DNA from: Nitrospirales bacterium
Lineage (GTDB): Bacteria > Nitrospirota > Nitrospiria > Nitrospirales > UBA8639
Assembly (NCBI GenBank): GCA_963555755.3
Contig: OY820905.2
Coordinates: 3,328,001-3,392,000 of the forward strand
Length of the DNA: 64,000 nt
Reading direction: 5' to 3'
The notes below the pieces were generated by a model. The model saw nothing but the letters and a program-made list of their open reading frames with translations. It made no database searches and was not told the origin of the DNA. Positions 20,234 through 30,077 of the stretch are shown piece by piece (position 1 is the first letter of the stretch; every line of letters begins with the position of its first letter). Position numbers and translations under genes: made by a program.

Positions 20234-21339
20234 TGTATTGTTTGCGGTGACTCAAGTATCCGAACAGGTTGTCCTGGAAATAGACGCTCGTTGCCTTCCA
20301 CCACAACGGTCATCCCTTCCTGCACGTCGCCAGTCACTTCGACGAGTTCATCTAAATGCACGACTGACTTCACGGGTACTTGCCCGACCCTGCCTTCATG
20401 AACCAGAAAGACGAATTCCCGCTCTCCGCGAAGAACGAGCGCGTCTTTGGGAATCACCACTCCCTCATGGGGCCGGCCAACCTGAAGGGTGACGCGTGAC
20501 ACCATGCCGCTTTTAATGATGAGGTGAGGATTGGGAATATCGATTTTGACCGGAAAGGTCCTCGCCACTCGATCGGCTTGTGCTACTAACGAAAAGACCT
20601 GGCCTTGGGCTGGAAAATCCGGCAACCCATCGAATGAAGCCTGAACTGGATCTCCAATGTGAATGCCCTGCACGTAGCGTTCCGGGAGCGGCACCTCGAC
20701 TTGCACATGAGACAAATCAACTAATTCAAGGATTGGTCCACCCTCTTCTACCCATTGGCCAATTTCAGTAAATTCTTGTGTGATCCAGCCATCAAACGGC
20801 GCGACAATTTGAGATTTCCTTCGCTGATCTTTCACGCGTCGAATCTCGGCACCTAATTGAAAGAGCCGTTCCCGCAATGCGCCTTCTTCGGTTTGGGCAT
20901 CGTCAAATTCCTTTTGGGTGACGAGTTCTTTGTCAAAGAGGACCCGCACCCGCCCAAGATCTTGTTTAGCTTGACGATAGCGAGTTCGCGCTTCTCGATG
21001 CGAAGCCAAAGCGGAATCCATTTGAATGTTCAACGTCTCGGTGTGCAATCGTGCTAAGAGTTGGCCTTTTGTGACCTGCATGCCTTCTTCCACGGGAAAC
21101 ACATGGACAAGCCCTTTGATTTCACTGGCGACGATGCTACGTTTCCATGGCTCAACCGTGCCGACGAGCGTCACGGATTGTTGAATCAATTGCTTTAAAA
21201 CTGGGGCTACTCGCACTGGCGAAGGCGGGCGGCCTGGTGGGGGCGGGGCCGCTTGCTGTTCGCTGCATGCCGCCGTGATCAAGAGCAGTCCCGCACTGAA
21301 GATGGCAACTAGAATCTGTTGAAATCGAGAGGTGTTCAT
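20230..21339 (-). CDS. RND periplasmic adaptor (membrane fusion lipoprotein)
   Basis: Lipobox TAAC, IVAPFDG, IPKDAL. Confidence 0.92.
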   Translation of the reverse strand: MNTSRFQQILVAIFSAGLLLITAACSEQQAAPPPPGRPPSPVRVAPVLKQLIQQSVTLVGTVEPWKRSIVASEIKGLVHVFPVEEGMQVTKGQLLARLHTETLNIQMDSALASHREARTRYRQAKQDLGRVRVLFDKELVTQKEFDDAQTEEGALRERLFQLGAEIRRVKDQRRKSQIVAPFDGWITQEFTEIGQWVEEGGPILELVDLSHVQVEVPLPERYVQGIHIGDPVQASFDGLPDFPAQGQVFSLVAQADRVARTFPVKIDIPNPHLIIKSGMVSRVTLQVGRPHEGVVIPKDALVLRGEREFVFLVHEGRVGQVPVKSVVHLDELVEVTGDVQEGMTVVVEGNERLFPGQPVRILESPQTIQ

Positions 21340-21366
21340 GGTTTTTGGGACTACGACAATGATATT

Positions 21367-22017
21367 TTACACGACACGCCTGATGATGCCTGAATGGGTG
21401 TCCTTTTCGATCCCGCTCAAAAATAAGGTACTGATCAGCTCGCATTTATCAACCAAGGACCCACTTGGCTTTGCCTGTAAAATCCCAACATACATGGTGG
21501 AGTTCAACATCCCATGCAGGGCAAAGGCCGCATCTTTTGGGTCAATTTTCCTAAATTCTTTCCTGCGAATCCCTTGGCGAATCAGATCCGTCACCAAGTC
21601 AACCTGGGCCATATACAGTTTCCACACACGTTCTCCAAACGCACTTTTGATGGTCCATTCAAACCCACTCCATTCTGACACGTAAATGCGAAAAAAGTCC
21701 CGGTTGCGGTCCGCGTAATCAAGTTTGACTTGAATGAACGCATTGATTTTGTCACTGGCGGTTTTCGCGAGACTAACTTTTTTATCCAGCAGGCCAGCTA
21801 ATTCTTCTACCTTGTCCTCGACGATGGAGATATAAATCTCTTCCTTGCTTTTGAAGAAGCGGTAGACCGTCCCCATGGCAAACTGCGAAGCCGTGGCAAT
21901 TTCCGCCATGCTGGTTTTAAAAAACCCATTCTTTGAAAACAGGGACTCCGCTGCCGACAGAATGTCTTGCCGCCGAGCCTCGTATTCCCGTTGCTTGCGT
22001 TTGGTCCGTGGGTCCAT
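21367..22017 (-). CDS. TetR/AcrR family regulator
   Basis: ILSAAESLFSKNGF..TSMAEIA...GTVYRFFKSKEEI helix-turn-helix. Confidence 0.93.
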   Translation of the reverse strand: MDPRTKRKQREYEARRQDILSAAESLFSKNGFFKTSMAEIATASQFAMGTVYRFFKSKEEIYISIVEDKVEELAGLLDKKVSLAKTASDKINAFIQVKLDYADRNRDFFRIYVSEWSGFEWTIKSAFGERVWKLYMAQVDLVTDLIRQGIRRKEFRKIDPKDAAFALHGMLNSTMYVGILQAKPSGSLVDKCELISTLFLSGIEKDTHSGIIRRVV

Positions 22018-22043
22018 CAAAAATGAATCAGGTCAATAATAGG

Positions 22044-22098
22044 TGAAGAACTATTCTAGTCTATGAGGAGGAATTCTACAAGCTAGAATAGACATTCA
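22044..22098. promoter_or_regulatory. Candidate TetR operator pair
   Basis: TGAAGAACTATTCTAG and CTAGAATAGACATTCA are imperfect inverted copies immediately upstream of tetR. Confidence 0.45.
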
Positions 22099-22177
22099 TT
22101 GTGTAAAGATTTGACAGCCTAGGAGCAAGCTGTGACGTGAGAAAAAATATTATTCTGAGGACTTGGAAGAATCGTTA

Positions 22178-22951
22178 GGGTCCGTAAAGAAATAAGTGGT
22201 ACATGAAGACACGTAGATTTAGGTCAGATTTGGTCGATCTGAATGAGAGGAACCGGAGGAATAGTTGTGCTATTTTGAACCTAGAAACGGCAGTTGGGCG
22301 CAAAAAAGACGTGTAAGATATTGGTGTGCATGGTGAAATACAAAAAGTCGTGGTCACCTTAGGGTTCGCGCAAGAATACCTTCCCCGGTTTGGGCGTCGA
22401 TCCATCCCGTCTGACGGCGTTGCTCGTTCTTTCCATACGAGGAGTATGCGCAGTCCTCGCGCCTTGCCAGACAGGTGTCTCAGCACCCAAACCGGGGAAG
22501 GTATTCTTGCGCGAACCCTCCGTGGTGATGAGACATTTTTGTATTTTATCAGGTGCGCTCAGGGTCCGTCATGAAATAACCAGTACAATTGGGAGGCCCA
22601 GATTTGTGATCGGGGCAAGGCGCGACGAGAGAGCCTAGCGGGGCTATGTGATCGAGGAGCAACGCCGCCCCGGGCCAAAGATGGGCCTCCCCGGAGGGCC
22701 GGACGCTTTTGGGCTCGGCCGGCGTTGCTCATCGCTTCCATACTCCCGGTATGCGCGCTCTTCGCTCCTTGGCTCGCTTCAAAATCCTCTCGGCCAATTG
22801 TACTGGTTATTTTCTCGCAGGTCCTAAGAGCTTGCGCGGACTTTTGTGATCCAACTGCGGTTTCTAGGTTGAAGGTTTCTCGATTGAAGATCGGCCAAAG
22901 ATGGCCTGAAGATGAGATGTGTAAATGTACGACTTATTTCTTTACGGACCC
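22178..22951. mobile_element. Nested MITE cluster (outer element with inserts at 22279-22869, 22362-22518, 22562-22824)
   Basis: Outer TIR GGGTCCGTAAAGAAATAAGT flanked by TTA/TTA; second TIR ACCTAGAAAC(G/C)GCAGTTGG flanked by TGA/TGA; two further TIR-bounded units inside. Confidence 0.8.
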
Positions 22952-23622
22952 TTAGGTCCAGGAAGAGCGGGGATTTCGGAATTCGATGGGGAATCGTTGT
23001 CAGAACCATTATTGACTCCACCAGACACCCCACCAGAGACGATAAAGGCCATGACTTCTGAACTCTCGGCGTCGAGGGGTCGAACTTGATCTTTGGGAAA
23101 CACCAATAAATTACCGGCGAAATTGTACGACTGCGGGAAATAGACGGCCACATGATCTTTCAGGCCAAACATATCCATACTTTTCCTCGTGACAAACCCG
23201 ATGGCCTTAGCATGTCCACCAGGAATTAGGGAAACCATGACTGGCTCATTAAACCGCTTTTTTTCACCCATAAACGCGTCAATGAGGTCTTTCAGTGAGG
23301 TATAGAGCAGTTTGATAAAGGGCGTTCGAGTCAACAATTTCTCAAACGATCCGAGTGCCCCTTGGAAAAACACATTTGAAGCCAGCCGTCCAGTCAGGGT
23401 AATCAAAATGATGGTGATCAGAAATCCCAGTCCTGGGATGGGGAGGTTCAACCATCCGTCAATCAATTCGAACACTTTGAGTACGACGACAATGGTGACG
23501 ACGACGGGAACTAAAAGAAAGAGGCCTTCAAAGAAATTCTTCGTCAGATCGTTAATATCCCAACGTTTGGGGACGGCTTCGTTTTTGAGAGATTTGAGGA
23601 CTTCTTTCCAGTCAACAGCCAT
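22942..23622 (-). CDS. DUF502 membrane protein
   Basis: FFEGLFLLVPVVVT, TPFIKLLYTSLKD, IGFVT, VAVYFP, MAFIVSGG. Confidence 0.9.
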   Translation of the reverse strand: MAVDWKEVLKSLKNEAVPKRWDINDLTKNFFEGLFLLVPVVVTIVVVLKVFELIDGWLNLPIPGLGFLITIILITLTGRLASNVFFQGALGSFEKLLTRTPFIKLLYTSLKDLIDAFMGEKKRFNEPVMVSLIPGGHAKAIGFVTRKSMDMFGLKDHVAVYFPQSYNFAGNLLVFPKDQVRPLDAESSEVMAFIVSGGVSGGVNNGSDNDSPSNSEIPALPGPKGP

Positions 23623-23660
23623 GTCTATTGTCCTTCCAGATGAATTTCTATCACATCTAA

Positions 23661-24143
23661 GGGGCCGTCACGAAATAACCGGTACAATTGGGAGGCCAAG
23701 ATTTGTGATCGGGGCAAGGCGCGACGAGGGGAGCCTAGCGGGGCTCTGTGACCGAGGAGCAACGCCACCCTGGGCCAAAGATGGGTCTCCCCGAAGGGCC
23801 GGACGCTTGTGGGCTGCGCCGGCGTCGCTCATCGCTTCCATACTGGGAATGTTGAAAAAAGCCGCCAGCGGCGTTCTCGCCCTTTTGCCGTGCTCACGTA
23901 CTGAGAGTACGCTCCGCGCGTCAAAAGGGCTGCGGCCTTGCTGGATAGACCCTTCGGAAAGACTCAGGGCATGCTTTTTTGAACATTCCCTCCAGCTGAT
24001 GATGGCTGTCTCCTCTTGGGCATGTATTTGCCCTGGGAATGAAATTTTCAACAGTTCCATACTCCCGGTATGCGCGTTCTTCGCTCCTTGGCTCGCTCCA
24101 AAATCGTCTCGGTCAATTGTCCCGGTTATTTCGTGACGGACCC
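23661..24143. mobile_element. MITE (GGGNCCGTCACGAAATAACCGG TIR) carrying a family-B MITE at 23845-24058
   Basis: Uninterrupted sister at 22562-22824; insert flanked by duplicated ATACT. Confidence 0.85.
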
Positions 24144-24225
24144 TTTGTATTCATCGAGCAAATCCTCGTGATTCTTGACTCTACCCCCCAATGATGGTTG
24201 AGACAAGGGGGTAGAAAATGCCTAA

Positions 24226-24546
24226 GGGTTCGCGCAAGAATAACTTCCCCTGTTTGGGTGCTGAGACGCCTGTCTAGGAGCCTGTCCGACATTAGCGGAT
24301 CTACTGCGATTGCGCTGGATTTGGCCAGCTTTTCCGATCGTTTTCGTTAAATAGTCACCACTATTCGCCTCAAACGATCGAAAAAGCTGCCTCAAACCAG
24401 CACAATCTCGCGATGATCCCTAATGTCGGACAGGCTCCTAGCAAGGCGCGAGGACTGCGCATACTCTTGGTATGGAAAGGACGAGCAACGCCGCCAGGCG
24501 GGATGGATCGACGTCCAAACAGGGGAAGTTATTCTTGCGCGAACCC
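24226..24546. mobile_element. Family-C MITE carrying a 160-bp MITE at 24278-24437
   Basis: Outer TIR GGGTTCGCGCAAGAATAACTTCCCCTGTTTGG flanked by TAA/TAA; inner TIR GAGCCTGTCCGACATTAG flanked by CTAG/CTAG. Confidence 0.88.
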
Positions 24547-24635
24547 TAACTCGGCGAGTTTTCACAATTTGACACACAGGACTGGAAGTCGTCAGATTAG
24601 AGACAAATCATTGTTCACAAAGAAGGAGAATCGTC

Positions 24636-24905
24636 TTGGGAGAAAAACAACCTCCAGCCCAACAGTCTGAAACCTCGGAACCTCAGAAGCGTCCCGTTGA
24701 AACGGAGATTCTCAACGTTAACGTGGAACGGAAAGGACAGCAAGTCAGCGCCAAGTGGGGATTGCATCCGAGCCTAAAAAGCGAGTTAACCCCAGAGGAA
24801 TGGAACGAGCTCACCGACGCGATGGGCAAAGTCACAGATATTGTCGGCAAACGTTTCGTGGAAGTCTTGGCCCGAGGGCAGAAGGAAGCGGGCGGCACCG
24901 CCTAA
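24636..24905 (+). CDS. Hypothetical protein (89 aa)
   Basis: TTG start with AAGGAG RBS; protein-like composition. Confidence 0.65.
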   Translation: MGEKQPPAQQSETSEPQKRPVETEILNVNVERKGQQVSAKWGLHPSLKSELTPEEWNELTDAMGKVTDIVGKRFVEVLARGQKEAGGTA

Positions 24906-24946
24906 TCACGTAACGGTTCCCACCTTATCAATAATGATTTTAGGTT

Positions 24947-25312
24947 TTAGCTGGGTTTAGTTCCAGCAAAGGCGGCCCCTAACCCCCGTGGATCGCCACC
25001 TTCCAATCCGACCACCTTTGCGGTTAAGGGACGATTCGGTCTGGAAAAGAAGGACACCTTGGGATGTTGATCCCCTTCGATGACATGGGAAGTGGTCACG
25101 ATATACGCGGCATCAGTTTCCACCCGAATAAAGATCCCGGTACCAACTTGCCGTTTCCCGTCAACCGTTGAGGTGATGTTCACCACGCCCTGTTTGAGTT
25201 CTTGAATCGGAGGCGCGGAACTCGAATCAGAGAGGGGCCATACACCGGTCAGGAGCACAAAGATAGTAACTGAAATCGATAACTTAGGAAAAAGAATTTT
25301 CGGAAGGCCCAT
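24947..25312 (-). pseudogene. Truncated secreted trypsin-like serine protease
   Basis: Signal peptide, GVVNI...GTGIF...IVTTSHVI (catalytic His); ORF ends before any GxSGG serine motif. Confidence 0.7.
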
Positions 25313-25469
25313 GCTTCAATCTTTGACAAAGGTGCTAGGTTTTCGAAGCCATAAGATTACCATCTTTAGGGGAAAAATGAGAACGGTGTTTCTGGGGAAG
25401 AATCCCATCTTTTAACGAGGCGAGAGTGTGGTGTTGAGGGACCTGACAAAATAGTTGCTTCGCTACGTG

Positions 25470-25635
25470 TCAGAATAAATGCTGCTCTGGCGGAAATTCA
25501 CAACCCACTTTGGTCTTTCCATTAACAGGTGCGACGATTTTCACCACGGAGGAGTTCACATCTCCGATCAACTGTGCATCTGCCTGATGAGGGTACAAAA
25601 AGGTCCCAAGACTGAACACTAGTAGCCACAGGCTC
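25470..25635 (-). pseudogene. Second remnant of a paralogous protease N-terminus
   Basis: Hand translation SLWLLVFSLGTFLYPHQADAQLIGDVNSSVVKIVAPVNGKTKVG resembles IQELKQGVVNITSTVDGKRQVG; no start codon. Confidence 0.5.
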
Positions 25636-25642
25636 CTAGGGG

Positions 25643-26563
25643 TTATAATCCTCCCCGGTCTTTCCGCGGAATCGTTAATTTCGCGTTGATGAATTCTTGA
25701 TGTGGGAGTTCGAGTGCCTTGGCGATGTGGCGGATTTCTTCAATCTCCGCATGGGAGGTTTGATCGGCTGCGTTGGCAATGGCAAAAAGGCATCTCAAAA
25801 ACGCTTTCCGTTCATCGACTGTTGTGTAGTTGCAAAAGCCCCAGGTGAGCCGAACGATATCAAGGCCGTGCATGATCCGGGCATGACTCATTTCCGTGAT
25901 GAGGTCGGCTTCCTCCTTCGGCATGTTCCATATTTGTTGGAGTGTCAGGCTCATGACTTCCCGTTCTCTATCACACACCTCATTGTCCACCCAGGCCACA
26001 TGGGCCATCAAGCCTGCGGCCAAACATATTTTTCGCACTTCTTCTTCAGGCAGATTGATGGCGTGGCCCCGAGCCTCCAATTCTGAAGACAGTTGAAAGT
26101 AAATTGTGTTCTTGATGAAATCTTCGATCCGGTCTTCGCGAGAGGACTTGCCTGTATAATGGCTGGCCCGAGATTGCAGCGTTTTCCGAAACGGGCTCAG
26201 GAGATGCGCCAACAGGCCTGGACTCTTTGTGTCCAAATCTTGTCGAATCGTTTTGATTACCTCGGCATTGGCTGCCCCGCCTTCAACGGCAACCAGCTTT
26301 TCGAGGGTATCGAGTACCAGTTGCTTCTCCCCGGATGTCCGAATGCCATTCAACACCCGATCCAACAGGTCCTGGCGTTCCGCGTCGGTGACTGCATGGG
26401 TCATATAGATTTCGAGTTGGCTCCAATCCTCGCCGGAAATATCCGGGAGTAGAAAGAGGAGTTCTTTTAGGGCATTCATTTCTTCTGGATGCAGTTTCCC
26501 ATCAGCCCACGCAATGCCAATCATGAGTTTTCCCAGGTCTAAAATAAAGTCCTTGTTCGCCAT
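25643..26563 (-). CDS. Double TerB-domain protein
   Basis: IAWADGKLHPEE and VAWVDNEVCDRE repeats, LFAIANAD...EIEEIRHIAKAL; ATG 26563 after AAGGAG. Confidence 0.85.
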   Translation of the reverse strand: MANKDFILDLGKLMIGIAWADGKLHPEEMNALKELLFLLPDISGEDWSQLEIYMTHAVTDAERQDLLDRVLNGIRTSGEKQLVLDTLEKLVAVEGGAANAEVIKTIRQDLDTKSPGLLAHLLSPFRKTLQSRASHYTGKSSREDRIEDFIKNTIYFQLSSELEARGHAINLPEEEVRKICLAAGLMAHVAWVDNEVCDREREVMSLTLQQIWNMPKEEADLITEMSHARIMHGLDIVRLTWGFCNYTTVDERKAFLRCLFAIANAADQTSHAEIEEIRHIAKALELPHQEFINAKLTIPRKDRGGL

Positions 26564-26650
26564 TATGTACTCCTTTTCGTGTGAAAGACGTGGTCGCGTT
26601 GACACTCAAAAGAGTCTTTCTATAGCATCTTTTCCTTGGGTTTGTCTTGA

Positions 26651-26792
26651 GGGCACCTCTAAAAACCAGGCATTTTTTGTGAGGGCTAAGGAAGCCGCGC
26701 GCGGAAAACCGGAGTGTATGGGCGAATACATGAGGATGTGAGCACGCGACTGACGCCGCCATCACGGAAAAGGACGGTTTTTAGAGGTGCCC
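26651..26792. mobile_element. Family-A MITE (inverted copy of 1995-2135)
   Basis: Same 16-bp TIR; flanked by TTGA/TTGA. Confidence 0.88.
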
Positions 26793-26917
26793 TTGAGTCT
26801 TTAATTAGGGTCCACCCATCTTGGTGGTTTAGGGATTTGTGTGCCTGATTCATCTTCATCAACTTAATGGATTGAAACTCTTCAGAATTTCCTTTTTTCC
26901 AGCCTAATGCATCTTCT

Positions 26918-28462
26918 ATGAGTACACCTTCGACGACAGCCTTTTCTTCCTGCTCACGCTGGTGGTTTTTCGCCACGGCTTTTACGACCGGGGGCGTAGT
27001 CATGGCCTTGGAGATCCTGGGCAGCCGATTATTGGCTCCGGTCTTTGGCACGTCCCTTTTTGTGTGGGGTGCCTTGATTGGCGTGGTATTAGCCGCGATG
27101 AGCACCGGCTATGCCACGGGTGGATGGTTAGCCGATCGTCGATCGCCCGGCGTCGTGATAACCGTTCTTCTTCTCGGGTCTGGGGTGTGGACGCTCATAT
27201 TGGCGGGAGTGGGACAGCCTGTGGTCTTTACCGTTTCACAATGGGTCGATGATCCACGTTGGGGGCCCTGTTTTGCTGCAGGAGTGTTACTGGCAGTCCC
27301 GGCATTTTGCTTGAGCGGCGTCCTGCCTGCCTTGCTGCGTTTGGCTACGGCAGACATGGGTCATTTGGGTCGGCATACGGGAGGAATGATTGCTGTCTCA
27401 ACCGTAGGGAGCCTCGTTGGCACGTGGGGCACATCGTTTTTTCTACTTACCTGGATGGGGAGTCTCAAGCTGATTGCGGCTCTGGGGGTCGTCTTAATCG
27501 TGTTTGGACTGTGTTGGTGGGTGTGGACGGGTCGGGCCAAAGCGTTGGTGCTGGTACCGGTGATCGGCAGTCTGAGTATGGCGATTTGGTTTGGGTTTCA
27601 CCCGATCTTGATTCAACTGCCTGCGATTTATCAGGAAGATAGCCCCTATCAGCAGGTGCGCGTTCGCGATGAGAAAGGCCTGAGATTTCTAATCTTGGAT
27701 AACACATTCCATGCCATCATGTGGCAGCCGGATCCAGTTCGTCTCGCGTTGCCATACAGCCAAATGATGATGGCGGTGCTTGGCCTTCACCCCGACCCTC
27801 AGCAAGGGTTGATTCTTGGACAAGGTGGTGGATCATTGGCTAAATGGCTGCAGAAATATTGGCCGAAATTGGAAATGGATGTTGTGGAAATGGATCCGTC
27901 AGTAGTGAAAGCGGCGGAAGAGTTTTTTGAATATACCCCTGGCGATGGTCATCAGGTCTATGTTCAAGATGCTCGTGTATTTTTACGACACACGGAGAAA
28001 CACTACGATATTATTTGGGTGGACGTGTTTGCCCGTCACCAAATCCCTTTTCATCTCACCACCCAAGAATTTTTCTCGGAACTGCGTGCCCGTCTCACGC
28101 CTCAAGGGGTTATCGCGGTCAACCTGGCCTCATCGGATTCAGCGTTAGATCGGAGACGAGCCGAAGCGGTGGTGACCACCATGAAAACGTCGTTCCCGCA
28201 TGTGGAATCTTTTAGCATCCCTGGCCCCTCATGGTTACGAACGACAAAAGGATCGGCAAATGTGATCTTTTTCGCGTCGTCGGATCCCTTGAACATGCGT
28301 TCTCCGGATTTTGCGAATGCCACCATCAGCCTGTTGAACCAAGGAAAGATGCCACATGAAGTGTTCCCCCTTTTAAACTCAGCAGAATCCCCTCAATGGC
28401 AACCCGGCCTGATTCTCACCGACGACTTTTCTCCCTTCAATATTCTTCTTGGTAGTGGATGA
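26918..28462 (+). CDS. Fused membrane/spermidine synthase-like protein
   Basis: MALEILGSRLLAPVFG, SPYQQVRV, LILGQGGG, VEMDP, QDAR, LTDDFSP. Confidence 0.9.
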   Translation: MSTPSTTAFSSCSRWWFFATAFTTGGVVMALEILGSRLLAPVFGTSLFVWGALIGVVLAAMSTGYATGGWLADRRSPGVVITVLLLGSGVWTLILAGVGQPVVFTVSQWVDDPRWGPCFAAGVLLAVPAFCLSGVLPALLRLATADMGHLGRHTGGMIAVSTVGSLVGTWGTSFFLLTWMGSLKLIAALGVVLIVFGLCWWVWTGRAKALVLVPVIGSLSMAIWFGFHPILIQLPAIYQEDSPYQQVRVRDEKGLRFLILDNTFHAIMWQPDPVRLALPYSQMMMAVLGLHPDPQQGLILGQGGGSLAKWLQKYWPKLEMDVVEMDPSVVKAAEEFFEYTPGDGHQVYVQDARVFLRHTEKHYDIIWVDVFARHQIPFHLTTQEFFSELRARLTPQGVIAVNLASSDSALDRRRAEAVVTTMKTSFPHVESFSIPGPSWLRTTKGSANVIFFASSDPLNMRSPDFANATISLLNQGKMPHEVFPLLNSAESPQWQPGLILTDDFSPFNILLGSG

Positions 28463-28693
28463 TCATCACTGATTAGCCTGATCTTCTCTCAATTCACATC
28501 ACAATCTTCCTTCTCTCCCAACCCGCCTATAATAAAGGAATGAGTCTCAGAAGCCGAAGGAACGTCGTAGGGTGTCCTATTTTGGGGTCACGTGAGCCCA
28601 AAATGTCACTCCTAGTCTCCAGCTAGCGGTCTAGGGGTATGACGTCTACCTATTATGAATGGATTGGCCTTGAATTTGGAGGGGTAGAGAAAC

Positions 28694-29416
28694 ATGAGTA
28701 CTGAAAAAATGACCATGCCTCAAGGTGGTACTGTGGATGCTTCCCCAGAGACGCAGTCTGGCATGTGGCCGCGCATCTTTCCATTTGCGGCTTATATGGG
28801 GTTTATCGGCCTCAGTGCGGTGTTAGTTGGCAGTGAAGCTGAAGGAACCTTCGATTTATGGTCATACCCAATCAAAACACTAGTGGTCGCCGGCCTGTTG
28901 GTGTTTTTCTGGTCTCGATTTCAGGAATTGAAGTCGCCTATTTTTGTGAATTGGCAGGAAGCGTTGGTCACGGTTGGGGTGGGGTTGGGTGTCTACGCAC
29001 TTTGGGTTCGTATGGATTGGCCCTGGGCCATTCAAGGGGAATTATCAGATTACAATCCCTTTGTGGCGGGTTCCACGCTTGGACTGGTCCTGGCAATCAT
29101 TCGCATTTTTGGCGCCTCGGTGATCGTTCCAATTATGGAAGAACTGTTTTGGCGATCGTTTTTGATTCGCTATATCGTCAATGCCAATTTTGAAACGGTT
29201 CGATTGGGCACCTTCACCATTGGATCGTTTGCGGCGACGGTGGTGCTCTTCGGGTTAGAACATAATCTTTGGCTGGCCGGAATGATGGCGGGAATCTGCT
29301 ACAGCGGGCTGTTGTATTGGACGGGTCGTTTGTGGCCCTGCATTATCGCGCACGGTATTACAAATTTCGTACTTGGCATTCATGTCCTCACCACCGGAGA
29401 ATGGTACTGGTGGTGA
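28694..29416 (+). CDS. CAAX prenyl protease-related (CPBP) intramembrane protease
   Basis: VPIMEELFWRSFL, FGLEH, IIAHGITN. Confidence 0.9.
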   Translation: MSTEKMTMPQGGTVDASPETQSGMWPRIFPFAAYMGFIGLSAVLVGSEAEGTFDLWSYPIKTLVVAGLLVFFWSRFQELKSPIFVNWQEALVTVGVGLGVYALWVRMDWPWAIQGELSDYNPFVAGSTLGLVLAIIRIFGASVIVPIMEELFWRSFLIRYIVNANFETVRLGTFTIGSFAATVVLFGLEHNLWLAGMMAGICYSGLLYWTGRLWPCIIAHGITNFVLGIHVLTTGEWYWW

Positions 29417-29440
29417 GGCAGGTTGTTCAATCTTGGCGGG

Positions 29441-29776
29441 TCATTCGTGCCAATCAGCTTGGACAGCCCAAAATTTGTAACGGACTGCCGGGTTTTGCCT
29501 GCCTTCCATGTTGGGGATGTCATAGAGACATTGGTCGACCGTCTCCACTTCTTCTCTGGTGAACTCATAAACTTTTGTGGTTTTCCAAAACTGGTCGTAG
29601 GTGAAATAATCACCTTTTACAGGTTTTTCTTTCAACGCCGCTTGCATTTCTTTAAACACAGTGGTGTCTGTACCAGGGATCCGACCGTTATTTCTGTCGA
29701 TACACCATTTGAGTATTTCGACAACACCATACATAGACAATTCAATTTTAAATTTGGTCGCTTGAGATTCTACCAT
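29441..29776 (-). CDS. Hypothetical protein (111 aa)
   Basis: ATG with GAGGAGG RBS; protein-like composition. Confidence 0.7.
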   Translation of the reverse strand: MVESQATKFKIELSMYGVVEILKWCIDRNNGRIPGTDTTVFKEMQAALKEKPVKGDYFTYDQFWKTTKVYEFTREEVETVDQCLYDIPNMEGRQNPAVRYKFWAVQADWHE

Positions 29777-30077
29777 TGCTTCCTCCTCTTGCTCTTGGTA
29801 ATTAAGAGAAAAGCTATAGCATATTTCTCTTTCCTTCTTCCAGTCGTTTTAGGCAATCAGGACTTTTCATTACACATTTCCCAGGCATTATGGGACCAAT
29901 CGCGCTAGTTTCGGGTCCAGACAGTAGGTCTTTGGCCTCACTATAGTGGGCGTTATATCAATCCGAGAAAAAAAATCGTATACTTCGCTACTTGTGTCCT
30001 CTCTGACAGAATTCAAAGAGAAAATCCGTCTCTTACGTGAGGGCGAGTGCCTGCCTTTTCCCCGATTGGTTGGAATA

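Noticed and set aside
23312..24670. ORFs containing MLKKAASGVLALLPCSRT and similar (also 9123, 22175-22955, 32518, 35001, 36793)
   Set aside because: Read-through of MITE sequence; the same peptide recurs wherever the element occurs
28575..28645. Paired hairpins upstream of the CAAX protease as a riboswitch
   Set aside because: No recognisable aptamer consensus; cannot be supported without an Rfam search
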